Positions 54,117 through 64,000 of a stretch of DNA of 64,000 nucleotides are shown here, one piece after another (within the stretch, counting starts at the first letter, position 1; the number at the start of each line of letters is the position of its first letter). Source of the stretch: an uncultured bacterium (GTDB lineage Bacteria; Pseudomonadota; Alphaproteobacteria; UBA8366; JADFVY01); assembly GCA_965603635.1 (NCBI GenBank), contig CBFDDT010000003.1, positions 6,978 to 70,977 on the forward strand. Reading direction: 5' to 3'. The notes under the pieces were generated by a model. That model saw only the letters and a list, made by a program, of their open reading frames with translations, was not told the DNA's origin and did no database searches. The position numbers and the translations under genes were made by a program.

Positions 54117-56924
54117 TTACCGCGGCCAGTCCGGTCGATACTCCGCCCCCTCCGCCTCCGCCTCGCCATCCGGTTCCGGCTGGCTGCTCCCCTTGACGAA
54201 GCGGGTATAGATCAGACTCAACAGAAACAGGCCGAGGCCAAGGCCAAGGAATGACACGACCCGGTACAGCCCGCCCATCTCGCCCATGTCGAACAGGAAC
54301 ACCTTGCAGATCGAGATCGCCAGCACCGCGACGGAGGCATAACGCACCGCGATGCTGTTGCGCCAGATGCCCAGCACCAGCAGGGCGGCGCCGTAGAGCA
54401 GCCAGGCGCCGGAATAGGCATACCATTCCGCATCCGACGTCCATCCCCGCGAAAGCCAACTGCCGTGGAACGCGTGGCGGACTTCCAGGGAAATCCAGAC
54501 GAACGCCAAAACGAGCGCGCTGATGCCCGCGATGACCGGCCCCGAGGGATGGCCCTGTCTGGTGGTTTCCATGTGGAAAATCACCGCGAAAGCAGCCGGA
54601 ATTGCATAGGCCAGCAGCAGGAGATTGAAGATCCAGTACGACCCCACCGCGCCGCCGAACATCAGCGGGTTGAGCCCGATCAGATGCACCATGACGATAT
54701 GTCCGCCTGACAGCAACGCCAGGATCTGCCAGCCCCAAACCGCCACCACGCGCGGTTTTTCGGCGCGGCACTGGTACAGCAGCGCCAGCGATATGGATAG
54801 CCAGGCTATGGTCCGCAGGCTCGCCTCCAGCAGGCTATCGCCGGGCTGGAACTCGCCGCGTTGCACGATATCGGCGATCTCCATGGTGGCGAACATGGTC
54901 AGGAAGACCAACGCACCCGATTCCAGCATCAGCACCAAGGCATCGTCGGCCCGGCGGCGGAACAGGCGCGACGCCACATAGAAGGCGATCGTCGGAATAC
55001 CATAGCCATAAAACATCCAGTTCAGTCCCGGCGTGGCGGCCAGCCCATAATCGAAGATTTCGGGATTGAACACCAGCCGGCCCAGGATGATAACCGCCAG
55101 CAGCATGGCGACGGCGCGCAAGGGGCCGACCCGGGTGCGTTCGTGAATCCAGCCAATGGCCGGCAGTTGCAGCGCCAGGGCGACGGTCAGCCAGGCATTC
55201 TCCAGGGACATCGCCATGGCCAGCGACAGCGAGGCCACGACACCCACCGCATAGGCGGCCAGCGCGCCCTCCATGCCGGCTCCGGCGCGTTGGCGGGCGA
55301 CCATCATGGCCGCGCCCAAGCAGAGCGCGCCCAGCAACAGCCCAAACACCGCCCAGGTCAGATCGACCTCGAAACCCTTGATGCGGCCGTAGGCTATGGC
55401 CAGGGTGACGATCGGCACGCCCGCCGACAGGCCGGCCCACAGGCCCGGCCGCGCGGCGCCCCGCAGCAGCCCGAAACCGGCGACACCGAACAGGCCGGCG
55501 TAACAAACGGCGGTCAGGACATAGGGCACGAGACCTGGCGGCAGGGTATCCATGATATCGATATCGCCCGGCCAGAATGGCAAATCCCAGGACAGGAGGA
55601 CCAGCCCCACCATGATTGCGGCGCCGATGGAAAGCGCGTCGAAAGTCACGTCGCGCCGCCCGGCGAACATCAGGAAGGCGGCCAGCAGGCCGGCCCAGGC
55701 CACCGACCCCCACGCAAAATCGTCGGCCCAGGTCAGCAACAGCGCCAGCACAAGCATCAGGACCGAAGCAGTCCAGGCCAGAATTGCCGGCAGCGGGATC
55801 GTGCTGAACATGGTTTTGAGGGTGAAGGGCGCGTTATGGGCCCTCAGGCCCGCCGGCACATAGATGAACAGGGCCGCCGTCGCCGTCAGGTAGGCGCCGA
55901 TGATCGTTGCGCCAAGATCGGCCGCTGGCTGATCCACCAGCCACAGCACCGGCCAGCCGGCCGCGCCGGACAGCGCCCCCCAGGCCAGCCAGCCCCAACC
56001 TTTGTATCGCAGCACCCCGAGCGCCGCGCCGGTTACCGCCAGGACGTAGGGGAACAGGCCATATGCCGAGGGATGCCCGGTCTGCACTAGGATCGGCACC
56101 AGGAACCCGCCCAGGATGCCCAGCGCCGCGACGAAAGGCCCCTGCAGAAGCGACAGCGCCATCGCCAGCACCCAGACTACGCCCAGCGCGATGAAGGCGG
56201 CCATGGGGGGCAGCAGGTCATAGAGCGCGTAGGCGGCGTAGATGCTGACGAACAGGGCCGAAACCCCGGCCGCCGACAGCGCCGGCGGAACCAGCGAGGG
56301 TTTGACGAAACCCGCGGCCTGGTGCAACGGGTGACGCCGCAGATATTCGCCGGCGGCGATCAGGATCAGGCCCAGCAGCGCGCCAAGGGAACATTGGATA
56401 ACCGGCGTCAACCAGCCCACCTGCATGGCGTGGCGGACAAGGAAAACAACGGACAGCGCAACCGCGATGCCACCGATCACCACGAACACGCGGCGAAAAA
56501 GCTTCTCTTCCAGATTTTCGCGGGTCTTCGCCAGTTCCTTTTCCCTGAAAGGGCCAGTCGCGGGCGGGCGGCCCGCCGACGCGCGGGGCGGTTTGGTGGG
56601 TGGTTCGGGCATTTGGGGTTTTTCCGCCACGGGTTCTTCCGGCGCGGGCTCTTTCGGCGTTTCCGCGACCGTTCGTTCCGGTGGGGCCGTTCTTTCCGGA
56701 ACCGCCGGCGCCGGTTGCGGTTCATCCGGTTTTGCTGCTTCAGGATCAACTTTGGGCGACTCGCGCAACTGAGCAAGCTGAGTCTGCATCTCACGCAATA
56801 TGCGGTGCAGGCGCGCTATCTCGTAGCGAAGGTTCGATGTCTTCACCAACGCGACAATTGCAAGAACCGGGGCAACCAGCAGCAGCACCCCGATAATCCA
56901 CAAAAACGAATCCAGCCCATACAT
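54117..56924 (-). CDS. DUF2339-like large polytopic membrane protein
   Basis: An N-terminal TM helix is followed by a coiled coil (LRYEIARLHRILREMQTQLAQLRE), a Pro/Glu-rich linker and more than 20 TM helices. The start is ATG 56924 after GGAAGGG. Confidence 0.8.
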   Translation of the reverse strand: MYGLDSFLWIIGVLLLVAPVLAIVALVKTSNLRYEIARLHRILREMQTQLAQLRESPKVDPEAAKPDEPQPAPAVPERTAPPERTVAETPKEPAPEEPVAEKPQMPEPPTKPPRASAGRPPATGPFREKELAKTRENLEEKLFRRVFVVIGGIAVALSVVFLVRHAMQVGWLTPVIQCSLGALLGLILIAAGEYLRRHPLHQAAGFVKPSLVPPALSAAGVSALFVSIYAAYALYDLLPPMAAFIALGVVWVLAMALSLLQGPFVAALGILGGFLVPILVQTGHPSAYGLFPYVLAVTGAALGVLRYKGWGWLAWGALSGAAGWPVLWLVDQPAADLGATIIGAYLTATAALFIYVPAGLRAHNAPFTLKTMFSTIPLPAILAWTASVLMLVLALLLTWADDFAWGSVAWAGLLAAFLMFAGRRDVTFDALSIGAAIMVGLVLLSWDLPFWPGDIDIMDTLPPGLVPYVLTAVCYAGLFGVAGFGLLRGAARPGLWAGLSAGVPIVTLAIAYGRIKGFEVDLTWAVFGLLLGALCLGAAMMVARQRAGAGMEGALAAYAVGVVASLSLAMAMSLENAWLTVALALQLPAIGWIHERTRVGPLRAVAMLLAVIILGRLVFNPEIFDYGLAATPGLNWMFYGYGIPTIAFYVASRLFRRRADDALVLMLESGALVFLTMFATMEIADIVQRGEFQPGDSLLEASLRTIAWLSISLALLYQCRAEKPRVVAVWGWQILALLSGGHIVMVHLIGLNPLMFGGAVGSYWIFNLLLLAYAIPAAFAVIFHMETTRQGHPSGPVIAGISALVLAFVWISLEVRHAFHGSWLSRGWTSDAEWYAYSGAWLLYGAALLVLGIWRNSIAVRYASVAVLAISICKVFLFDMGEMGGLYRVVSFLGLGLGLFLLSLIYTRFVKGSSQPEPDGEAEAEGAEYRPDWPR

Positions 56925-57139
56925 TACTATGTCCCTTCCAAATCCCGCCCAATAATGGCACAGCCCTGTATGATTTGCTGGGTAAAGATGAAAATCAAAG
57001 CAGTTTGTGATTCCGCTATCCACCAGTTTTCCGACCGACGGCCGACGCGGGCGTCAAAAACTCTTTATCTCCTGTTGGCCTGTTTCTTCGGAATCTGGTA
57101 ATGCTCTAACACTATTATCGGCAAACGGCAGGGAATGGC

Positions 57140-58312
57140 ATGCTGGCCTTCGACAAACAGGAATATCTCGACAGAATCGAGAACGTAAAGCTTCGGATGA
57201 TGCAGTTCGGGCTCGACGTCCTGATCGTCAGCGATCCCGCAAACATGAACTATCTGACCGGCTATGACGGCTGGTCCTTCTATACCCCGCAGGCCGTGGT
57301 GGTCGCGCTGGCCCAGGACGAACCCTATTGCGTCGTGCGCGGCATCGACCTGAACGGCGCCAGGGTCACCACCTTCCTGGACGATTCCAACCTGATCGGC
57401 TATCCGGACGATTACGTCCAGACCAAGCGCAAGCATCCGATGGACTTCCTGGCCGAGGTGCTGGAGGCGCGCGGACTGGGCCGCGGCAATATCGGGCTGG
57501 AAATGGATTCATACTATTTCACGGCCGCCAGCGCCGAGGCGCTGTACCAGCAACTGCGCAACGCCACCTTCAAGAATGCCGACACGCTGGTGAACTGGAT
57601 TCGCTCGATCAAATCGCCAGCCGAGCTGGACTATATGCGCCAGGCGGCGCGCATCCTGGAAAATGTCATGACGGTGGGCATCGATGCCGTGGAACCCGGC
57701 GTGCGCCAGTGTGACGCAGTGGCTAAAATTCTCGCGGCGCAGACCTCCGGCACACCGGAATTCGGCGGCGACTATACCTCGATCGTACCCATGCTGCCGA
57801 CCGGGATCGGAACCTCGACCCCGCATCTGACCTGGTCGGACAAACCCTTCGTCAAGGGCGAGGCGACGATCCTGGAACTGGCCGGCTGCCGGCGGCGCTA
57901 TCACTGCCCGCAGGCGCGAACGGTATTCCTCGGCAAGCCGCCGCAAAAACTTGTCGACGCCGCCAAGGTCGTGGTCGAGGGGCTGAACACGGTCATCAAC
58001 GTAGCGGCGCCCGGCCTGACCTGCGAAGAGGTCGAGGGCGTGTGGCGCGGCGTAATCGCAAAGGCCGGCATCAAGAAGGACTCACGGATGGGCTATTCCG
58101 TGGGCCTGAACTATCCGCCCGACTGGGGCGAGCATACGATCAGCCTGCGGCCCGGCGACAAGACGGTGCTGCAGCCCGACATGACGATTCACCTGATGCC
58201 CGGCATCTGGGAGGATGACTGGGGCATCGAGATCAGCGAATGTATCCACCTGACCGAAAACGGCGCGGCGCCTCTGGCCAACACCCCGCGCGAGTTGATC
58301 ATAAAGAATTAA
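57140..58312 (+). CDS. M24 family metallopeptidase (creatinase/ectoine-hydrolase-like)
   Basis: The creatinase-type N-domain has LIVSDPANMNYLTGYDGWSFY, and the C-terminal pita-bread domain follows. Confidence 0.85.
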   Translation: MLAFDKQEYLDRIENVKLRMMQFGLDVLIVSDPANMNYLTGYDGWSFYTPQAVVVALAQDEPYCVVRGIDLNGARVTTFLDDSNLIGYPDDYVQTKRKHPMDFLAEVLEARGLGRGNIGLEMDSYYFTAASAEALYQQLRNATFKNADTLVNWIRSIKSPAELDYMRQAARILENVMTVGIDAVEPGVRQCDAVAKILAAQTSGTPEFGGDYTSIVPMLPTGIGTSTPHLTWSDKPFVKGEATILELAGCRRRYHCPQARTVFLGKPPQKLVDAAKVVVEGLNTVINVAAPGLTCEEVEGVWRGVIAKAGIKKDSRMGYSVGLNYPPDWGEHTISLRPGDKTVLQPDMTIHLMPGIWEDDWGIEISECIHLTENGAAPLANTPRELIIKN

Positions 58313-58400
58313 ACGCGCGGAAAAGGCCATCTTTTGTTTCGATTCCGGAACAACAGCCTAACATTTCAGTAGTTTTTTTGAGCCCGGCCGGACGCGCAAC

Positions 58401-58871
58401 CTACCGGTGAGAGATCGGCTTGGCGTAAGTCAACTCGACATCCCAGGGAAACAGTATCCAGGTGTCCTGGCTGACCTCGGTGATGAAGGTGTCGACCATC
58501 GGCCGGCCCGCCGGCTTGGCGTAAATGGTCGCGAAATGGGCCTTGGGCAGCATGTCGCGCACGATCTTGGCCGTGGCCCCGGTATCCACCAGGTCGTCCA
58601 CGATCAGCCAACCCTCGCCATCGCCCTCCACGCCCTTCAGGATCTTGGCGCTGCCCTGGTCCTTATGGTCGTAGGTCGCGACGCAGACGGTATCGACCAG
58701 CCGAACCTCCAACTCGCGCGCGACAATCGCCGCCGGCACCAGCCCGCCGCGGGTAATCGCGACGATCCCCTCGAAGGGCCCCTGTTCATGCAGCCGCCAA
58801 GCCAGCGCCTTCGCATGGCGGTGCAGCTCGTCCCAGGAAACGGGAAAGTCCATGGAAGGGGAATCGCTCAT
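58401..58871 (-). CDS. gpt: Xanthine-guanine phosphoribosyltransferase
   Basis: It is near-collinear with E. coli Gpt ([47 protein letters not shown]). The start is ATG 58871 after GAGGA. Confidence 0.9.
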   Translation of the reverse strand: MSDSPSMDFPVSWDELHRHAKALAWRLHEQGPFEGIVAITRGGLVPAAIVARELEVRLVDTVCVATYDHKDQGSAKILKGVEGDGEGWLIVDDLVDTGATAKIVRDMLPKAHFATIYAKPAGRPMVDTFITEVSQDTWILFPWDVELTYAKPISHR

Positions 58872-59036
58872 CGTCGCATCCTCTGTCATTGCCGGTGTTC
58901 GGTCGGTTTTAGCCGATGCCCCGCCGCACGGCAACGCGGATAGCAGGGTTTCGGCACAGTATTTTAACAGCCGGTTCATATTTTTGGTACAGTATCCTGA
59001 TCGCGTCTTACGGTTGCACAAAAAAAGGGGTAGCCG

Positions 59037-61373
59037 ATGAACTCGTTTTACAAAATCCTGCGGCCTGCCGCGGCATCATTTCTGTTTACGCTCGCTGCGT
59101 GCGGTGGTGGTGGCGGCGGTGGCGGCGGCCTTCCGACTCCAGGTCCCCTGGGGTCGGAACAACCTGCCTCCAATTTCACTTCCACGGGGGATTACGACCC
59201 CTGTATCACGGCAATGGGCGGCGGCACATATTGCAATTACGGTCTCGGCCAGATCGGCGCGGCAGACGTCTATGCGAAGGGCGCCGATGGCGACGGCGTG
59301 GTCGTGGCCGTCATCGACAGCGGTATCGATACGGCGCATGTGGAACTGGACACCAGGATATCCGCCGATAGTACGGACATTGTGAGTCCTATAACACCAC
59401 TCGACGATGCAACGGGGCACGGCACCATGGTTGCGGGGGTTATCGCGGCCGAGCGAAACGACGTCGGAACGCATGGCGTGGCATTCGGTTCGACGATCCT
59501 CGCAATCCGTACCGACGGTCGCTATCTGGACGGCACAAGTACCGGTATGTACTCTATTCTGGATGTAACAGCCGGCATATCCTACGCGGCAGGCAAGGCG
59601 CACGTGATCAATATCAGCCTTGGTGCGACTGGCACACAACTGGGCGATCCTTTCGGGAGCCCTGCCGAACAGGCAATGTTTGAGCGGGCGCTGATCGACG
59701 CGATGGCCGCCAAAGCAATCATCGTCGTCTCGACCGGAAACGATAGCGCGACGGAAGCCTCGCTTCCATCCGCCTACGCCGGCGATACAGCGGTCAATGC
59801 CAGCGGGCAGATGCTTGCCGTCGGTGCAGTCAATAACGCCGCCAACGCCATCGCGGATTTTTCCAACCACTGCGGCCTGGCGAAGGATTTCTGTCTTGTC
59901 GCCCCTGGCGATGGACTTTGGACAACTTACCCCGGCGATTATCTTGCTTACACCGCTGGCACGTCATTTTCGGCGCCGTATGTTGCCGGTTCGGCGGCCC
60001 TGTTGATCCAGCTTTGGCCGACACTAGCGCCATCGGAAGTCGTTAATATCATGCTGACCACGGCGACAGACATGGGAGACGTCGGCGTCGACACGGTATA
60101 CGGCCACGGCCTCTTGTACCTTTCCGCCGCCATCCTGCCGGCGGGCGCGCTGGAAGTGCCTCTGACGCCGCTGGCCGACGGCGATGGCGTTACGCTGGAC
60201 GGCACGGCGCTGGCGTTGGGGCCGGCCTTTGGCGACGCGCTGACGAATTCGGCCCTGCTGGGCCAAGCCTTCGCGCTGGACGATTACGACCGGAACTACG
60301 ACATCGATCTCAACGGATTCGTGGCTCATTCATCGCGCGGCTTCGGGCTTCAGGCGCTGCTTGGCGGCGGGTCCGTTGAATCAGTAGATGCCGAACTTCC
60401 CAACGGCATGAAAGTCGCCATGGGCGTCTCGGACGACGACCAAACCGAATCGCCCGCCGATTGGGCCGGCATGGCCGTTGAGGACGGCGAAGAACAGCAA
60501 CTGCACGGCATGAGCCTTGAGGTCGAAAGTGGCCTCGGCGCCAGCGTCCGCTTCGGCTACGACGTCACGCCGGAACAGCAGATGGCCGGGCTGGCGGCCA
60601 GCGAGCCGGCCGGGCTGTTCTGGATGCCGGGCGACCTGCTGGGCGCACAGCATGGCCTGGTCGACGCGGGGACCGGCGTTTCCCTGTCCCGCCAATTAGA
60701 TCCCTCGTCGATCCTCTCGATCGGCTGGGTCGATCAGGCGGACGACGCGGATGAGTGGACGCCGGACGCGAAGATCGGCGAGATCACGCTGGCGCACCGT
60801 TTCGACAATGGCGCGATCGGCTATGCGGGTTTCTCGACGGTGGACGAACAGGGCGGTTTCCTGGGCAGCGACGCCGCGGGCGGCTTTGCGGTCGACGGCG
60901 CCGATACGCAATTCTACTCGCTGGGCGGCCGTTACCCGATGACGGCCGGGCTGGAACTGATCGGCAACTATACGCTGGCCGAGGCCGACATGAGGGCGGA
61001 CGGAACCAGCCTGCTGAGCGAATGGAGCGAGATCCGCGCCGAGGCCTTCGGCGTCGGGTTGGTGAAAAACGGCGTCCTGGGCCGCCATGACCGCGTCGGC
61101 CTGCTGGCCGGCCAGCCCTTGCGGGTGAGCAGCGGCGAGGCCACGGTGACGGCGCCGGTCGATTATCTGATCGACAAGACGGTGGTCCAGGACTCCGAGC
61201 GGGTCTCCATGACCCCGTCGGGCCGGGAGATCGACCTGCAGCTTGCATACGATACGCCGCTGGGCGCCGGCGCCGCCATTTCCGGCTGGGTGATGATGCA
61301 TCTGGAGCCGGGCCACGTGGCGAGCGCCGACCCGGCCTATGGGGTAGGACTCAGGTTCAGCGCGGCGTTTTAA
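59037..61373 (+). CDS. Lipoprotein-type S8 subtilisin-like serine protease with a C-terminal autotransporter-like beta-barrel
   Basis: The lipobox is LFTLAAC, followed by Gly9. The catalytic residues are D (VAVIDSGID), H (HGTMVAG) and S ([11 protein letters not shown]). The C-terminus ...[10 protein letters not shown] ends in an aromatic residue, as outer-membrane barrels do. Confidence 0.85.
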   Translation: MNSFYKILRPAAASFLFTLAACGGGGGGGGGLPTPGPLGSEQPASNFTSTGDYDPCITAMGGGTYCNYGLGQIGAADVYAKGADGDGVVVAVIDSGIDTAHVELDTRISADSTDIVSPITPLDDATGHGTMVAGVIAAERNDVGTHGVAFGSTILAIRTDGRYLDGTSTGMYSILDVTAGISYAAGKAHVINISLGATGTQLGDPFGSPAEQAMFERALIDAMAAKAIIVVSTGNDSATEASLPSAYAGDTAVNASGQMLAVGAVNNAANAIADFSNHCGLAKDFCLVAPGDGLWTTYPGDYLAYTAGTSFSAPYVAGSAALLIQLWPTLAPSEVVNIMLTTATDMGDVGVDTVYGHGLLYLSAAILPAGALEVPLTPLADGDGVTLDGTALALGPAFGDALTNSALLGQAFALDDYDRNYDIDLNGFVAHSSRGFGLQALLGGGSVESVDAELPNGMKVAMGVSDDDQTESPADWAGMAVEDGEEQQLHGMSLEVESGLGASVRFGYDVTPEQQMAGLAASEPAGLFWMPGDLLGAQHGLVDAGTGVSLSRQLDPSSILSIGWVDQADDADEWTPDAKIGEITLAHRFDNGAIGYAGFSTVDEQGGFLGSDAAGGFAVDGADTQFYSLGGRYPMTAGLELIGNYTLAEADMRADGTSLLSEWSEIRAEAFGVGLVKNGVLGRHDRVGLLAGQPLRVSSGEATVTAPVDYLIDKTVVQDSERVSMTPSGREIDLQLAYDTPLGAGAAISGWVMMHLEPGHVASADPAYGVGLRFSAAF

Positions 61374-61416
61374 GATAGCGCTTCCCCGGCGCGGTTTCCC
61401 GGCATAAGGTCCGGGA

Positions 61417-62340
61417 ATGACCGAGGCCGCACCCAGCACCCTGCCCATCGATAGCGCCGCCGTTTTACGCGGCCGCGTCCTCGTGCTGCTTTCCGGCGCG
61501 GGGATGAGCCTGGGCGGGTTGTTCATCCGCTCCATCCAGGAGGCCAACGAGTGGCAGATCCTGTTCTGGCGTTCGCTGGGTTTAATCGCGGCGCTGCTGG
61601 TTTTTATCACCTTCCGAAATCAGGGGCGCGTCTTTCAAACCTTCCGGGCCGCCGGCACGAAAAGCGTAATCGCCGGGCTCTGTCTGGCCACTGGCTTTAC
61701 CTGCTTTATCTTTTCGATCACCCACACGACGGTGGCCAATACGCTGTTCATGTTGAGCGCGGCGCCGTTCATCACCGCGGCCCTGAGCCGCGTCCTGCTG
61801 GGCGAGGATGTGACGCGCGGGACCTGGGCGGCCATGCTGGGCGCCGGAGCCGGCATCGCCATCATGGTGGGCGAGGGCATGGCGGCCGGTGACCTGTTCG
61901 GCAACCTGATGGCGCTCGCCGCCGCCGTCGGCTTCGCCGGCTTTTCCATTGCCCTGCGCAGCGGCCGCGGGGTGGACATGATGCCCGCGACATGCCTGGC
62001 GGGTCTGTTCGGCGCCATCGGGTCAGCCGCGATCATTATCGCAACGGGTGGCGATTTCGAGGCGCCGGCCATGGATATCGGCATCTGCGTGACCTATGGC
62101 GTGGTCGCGATCGGCGGCAGCCTGATTGTCTTTACCATGGGGTCGCGCCTTGTATCGGCCGCCGAGTTGACGCTGTTGTCGCTTACCGAGGTAGTGCTCG
62201 GCCCGGTCTGGGTTTGGTTGGCCTTCGCCGAGACTCCAAGCGGCCTGACGCTGCTGGGCGGCGCGATCCTGCTGGCCGCGATCGTCGGGCGCGCGGCGAC
62301 CGGCATAAAGCGCCGCCGGCCGCCCATCGGAGTCGTGTGA
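61417..62340 (+). CDS. DMT/EamA family transporter
   Basis: A 10-TM protein with duplicated EamA halves. Confidence 0.85.
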   Translation: MTEAAPSTLPIDSAAVLRGRVLVLLSGAGMSLGGLFIRSIQEANEWQILFWRSLGLIAALLVFITFRNQGRVFQTFRAAGTKSVIAGLCLATGFTCFIFSITHTTVANTLFMLSAAPFITAALSRVLLGEDVTRGTWAAMLGAGAGIAIMVGEGMAAGDLFGNLMALAAAVGFAGFSIALRSGRGVDMMPATCLAGLFGAIGSAAIIIATGGDFEAPAMDIGICVTYGVVAIGGSLIVFTMGSRLVSAAELTLLSLTEVVLGPVWVWLAFAETPSGLTLLGGAILLAAIVGRAATGIKRRRPPIGVV

Positions 62341-62440
62341 CGCTCTTGCGGGCCGCCGCAACACTCATCACATAGGGTGTACAGGCGTTTCATTCAGCGG
62401 GAGCCGACCCATCGTTTCAGACGGCAACAAGCAAACCCTT

Positions 62441-62710
62441 ATGCGCCGGTTGCGCCGGGCGTCCGCCTGGGGCCGGCTGAAAATTCCCTTCGGTATCCGC
62501 GCGGTGCTGGGCGGGCTGTTCGTGATGGGGGGCATATTCGGATTTCTGCCGATACTCGGCTTCTGGATGATCCCGGTGGGGCTGGTGCTGATCGCGCTGG
62601 ACGTGCCGCCGCTGCGCCGCTGGTTGCGGTCCTGGCTGCATAACGGCATCCGCCCGCGCCGCCGCTGGCAAGGCCAGAAGCGGACTGGACATGACAAGGA
62701 CAAGAAGTAA
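62441..62710 (+). CDS. Small two-TM membrane protein, hypothetical
   Basis: A basic N-terminus is followed by two hydrophobic helices (GGLFVMGGIFGFLPILGFWMIPVGLVLIAL) and a basic C-terminus. Confidence 0.5.
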   Translation: MRRLRRASAWGRLKIPFGIRAVLGGLFVMGGIFGFLPILGFWMIPVGLVLIALDVPPLRRWLRSWLHNGIRPRRRWQGQKRTGHDKDKK

Positions 62711-62745
62711 GACTGGCGCGGTAATTGCCATGGGAGACTGACCGC

Positions 62746-63879
62746 ATGTTCGGACGAGGCATTCCGCTGTTCAGAATACTCGGCTTCCAGGTCAAGCTGG
62801 ACGCCAGCTGGCTGATCCTGGCCGTGCTGGTCACCTGGTCGCTTGCCGCCGGCTATTTCCCGGCCCGCTACGAAGGCCTGTCGGGGCCGACCTATCTGTG
62901 GATGGGGGTTGCCGGGGCGCTCGGCCTGTTCGCCTCGATCGTCTTCCACGAACTCAGCCATTCGCTGGTGGCGCGCCGCTATGGCATGCAGATCAGGGGA
63001 ATCACGCTGTTCATTTTCGGCGGCGTCGCCGAAATGGAGGATGAACCGCCGACCGCGAAGGCCGAGTTCCTGATGGCCATCGCCGGGCCCATCGCCAGCG
63101 CATTGCTGGCTGTCTTGTTTCATATTCTCGAGGGATTCGGCGTGCGTATGGGGATGGCGGCGCCGGTTCCGGCCGTGCTTGGTTATCTGTCTTTCATCAA
63201 TATGCTGCTCGCCGGCTTCAACCTTGTCCCCGCCTTTCCGCTGGATGGCGGGCGAATGCTGCGCGCCACCCTGTGGGGCTGGAAGGGCGATCTGCGCTGG
63301 GCCACCCGCATCGCCGCCAACGCGGGGGCGAGCTTCGGATTCGGGCTTATCGCCTTCGGCCTGTTCAATCTCGTCACCGGCAATCTGATCGGCGGCATCT
63401 GGTTCATGCTGATCGGCTTCTTCGTGCGCGGGGCCGCCGCCGGCTCCTACAGCCAGATGCAGACCCGCCGATTTTTCGAAGGCGAACCGGTGCACCGCTT
63501 CATGGTGACCGACCCGATTGCCGCGCCCCCGGACATCACCGTCCATCGACTCGTAGAGGACTATATCTACCGCCATTATCACGAGCTGTTCCCGGTGGTG
63601 GAGGATTCACGCCTGCTGGGCTGCATCGGCATCGCCGAGATCAGGCATATCCCGCGCGACCGGTGGGATCTGGTGCGGGTGTTCGACGCCATGTCGCCGG
63701 CCGCGCCGGAAAACACCGTCGATGCGAATACCGATGCGGTCGAGGCGCTGGCCATCATGCGCCGCACCGGCAACAGCCGGCTGATGGTTGTCGAGGACGG
63801 CAGGCTCGTCGGCCTGGTAACGCTGAAGGACCTGTTGCGCCTGATCGCCTTCAAGATGGATTTGGAGGGGATGGGTTAG
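62746..63879 (+). CDS. M50 site-2 protease family protein with C-terminal tandem CBS domains
   Basis: HELSHSLVARR (HExxH) and NLVPAFPLDGGR motifs are present, with a CBS pair at the C-terminus. The start is ATG 62746 after GGGAG. Confidence 0.85.
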   Translation: MFGRGIPLFRILGFQVKLDASWLILAVLVTWSLAAGYFPARYEGLSGPTYLWMGVAGALGLFASIVFHELSHSLVARRYGMQIRGITLFIFGGVAEMEDEPPTAKAEFLMAIAGPIASALLAVLFHILEGFGVRMGMAAPVPAVLGYLSFINMLLAGFNLVPAFPLDGGRMLRATLWGWKGDLRWATRIAANAGASFGFGLIAFGLFNLVTGNLIGGIWFMLIGFFVRGAAAGSYSQMQTRRFFEGEPVHRFMVTDPIAAPPDITVHRLVEDYIYRHYHELFPVVEDSRLLGCIGIAEIRHIPRDRWDLVRVFDAMSPAAPENTVDANTDAVEALAIMRRTGNSRLMVVEDGRLVGLVTLKDLLRLIAFKMDLEGMG

Positions 63880-63924
63880 GGCGTTTCAAAGTTGATCGGC
63901 CCCGGCCGCCGACATCCAAAACGC

Positions 63925-64000
63925 GAGAACGACCCCATGCAAAGACGTTTTCCGCGGGTTACAGAGGGTTTTGCGGGTGGTTTCGGGCGGGGAAATGAAC
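63925..64000 (+). repeat. Intergenic repeat copy B (truncated by the window end); partner at 1461-1535
   Basis: gaccccatgcaaagacgttttccgcgggttacagagggttttgcgggtggtttcgggcggggaaatgaac aligns with copy A in the same orientation. Confidence 0.6.

Noticed and set aside
59103-59129. The Gly9-coding repeat in the S8 protease as a phase-variation switch.
   Set aside because: The tract is made of mixed GGT/GGC triplets. Slippage would add or remove whole codons and would not switch the gene on or off.

Overview
This is a GC-rich chromosomal segment whose gene order looks alphaproteobacterial. The evidence is hisG-hisD-UPF0262-LMW phosphatase, maf-rng-yacG-tRNA-Phe, and DUF2849-cysI-DUF934. I call about 65 coding genes, one tRNA, one gene remnant, three strong orphan or intrinsic terminators and several repeat or operator-like sites. 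I found no CRISPR array, IS element, integrase or recognisable phage or defence genes.

The housekeeping blocks are histidine, folate (folK/folP), gpt and sulfite reduction. They are interrupted by accessory redox modules.

1. **Formate dehydrogenase supercluster (33.5-46.0 kb, minus strand).**
   - It comprises a polyferredoxin, DUF3305, DUF3306, a TorD-like chaperone, a 65-aa Tat-target peptide, a Cys-type Mo alpha subunit, an FeS beta subunit, a 66-aa lipoprotein and an extended cytochrome b gamma subunit.
   - It ends in an unusual secreted 7-blade WD40-cytochrome c fusion.
   - It is split by a three-gene opposite-strand insert.

2. **NHL beta-propeller plus pentaheme cytochrome c operon (16.5-18.3 kb).** It sits behind a textbook class II FNR/FixK promoter, with a perfect TTGAT-N4-ATCAA box 22 nt upstream of a TAGAAT -10 element.

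3. **Truncated-hemoglobin/HxlR cassette.** It is bracketed by 241-bp direct repeats that derive from a usp gene.

Other points worth a second look:
- Two orphan terminator-bounded noncoding regions on the minus strand (about 8.3-8.6 kb and 49.8-50.1 kb).
- AT-rich islands carrying 11-bp-phased direct repeats.
- A roughly 75-nt intergenic repeat present at both ends of the window.
- A MITE-like inverted repeat.
- Two tandem orphan histidine kinases.
- A lipoprotein-type subtilisin autotransporter.

All functional calls rest on motif and family recognition by eye. No database search was run.
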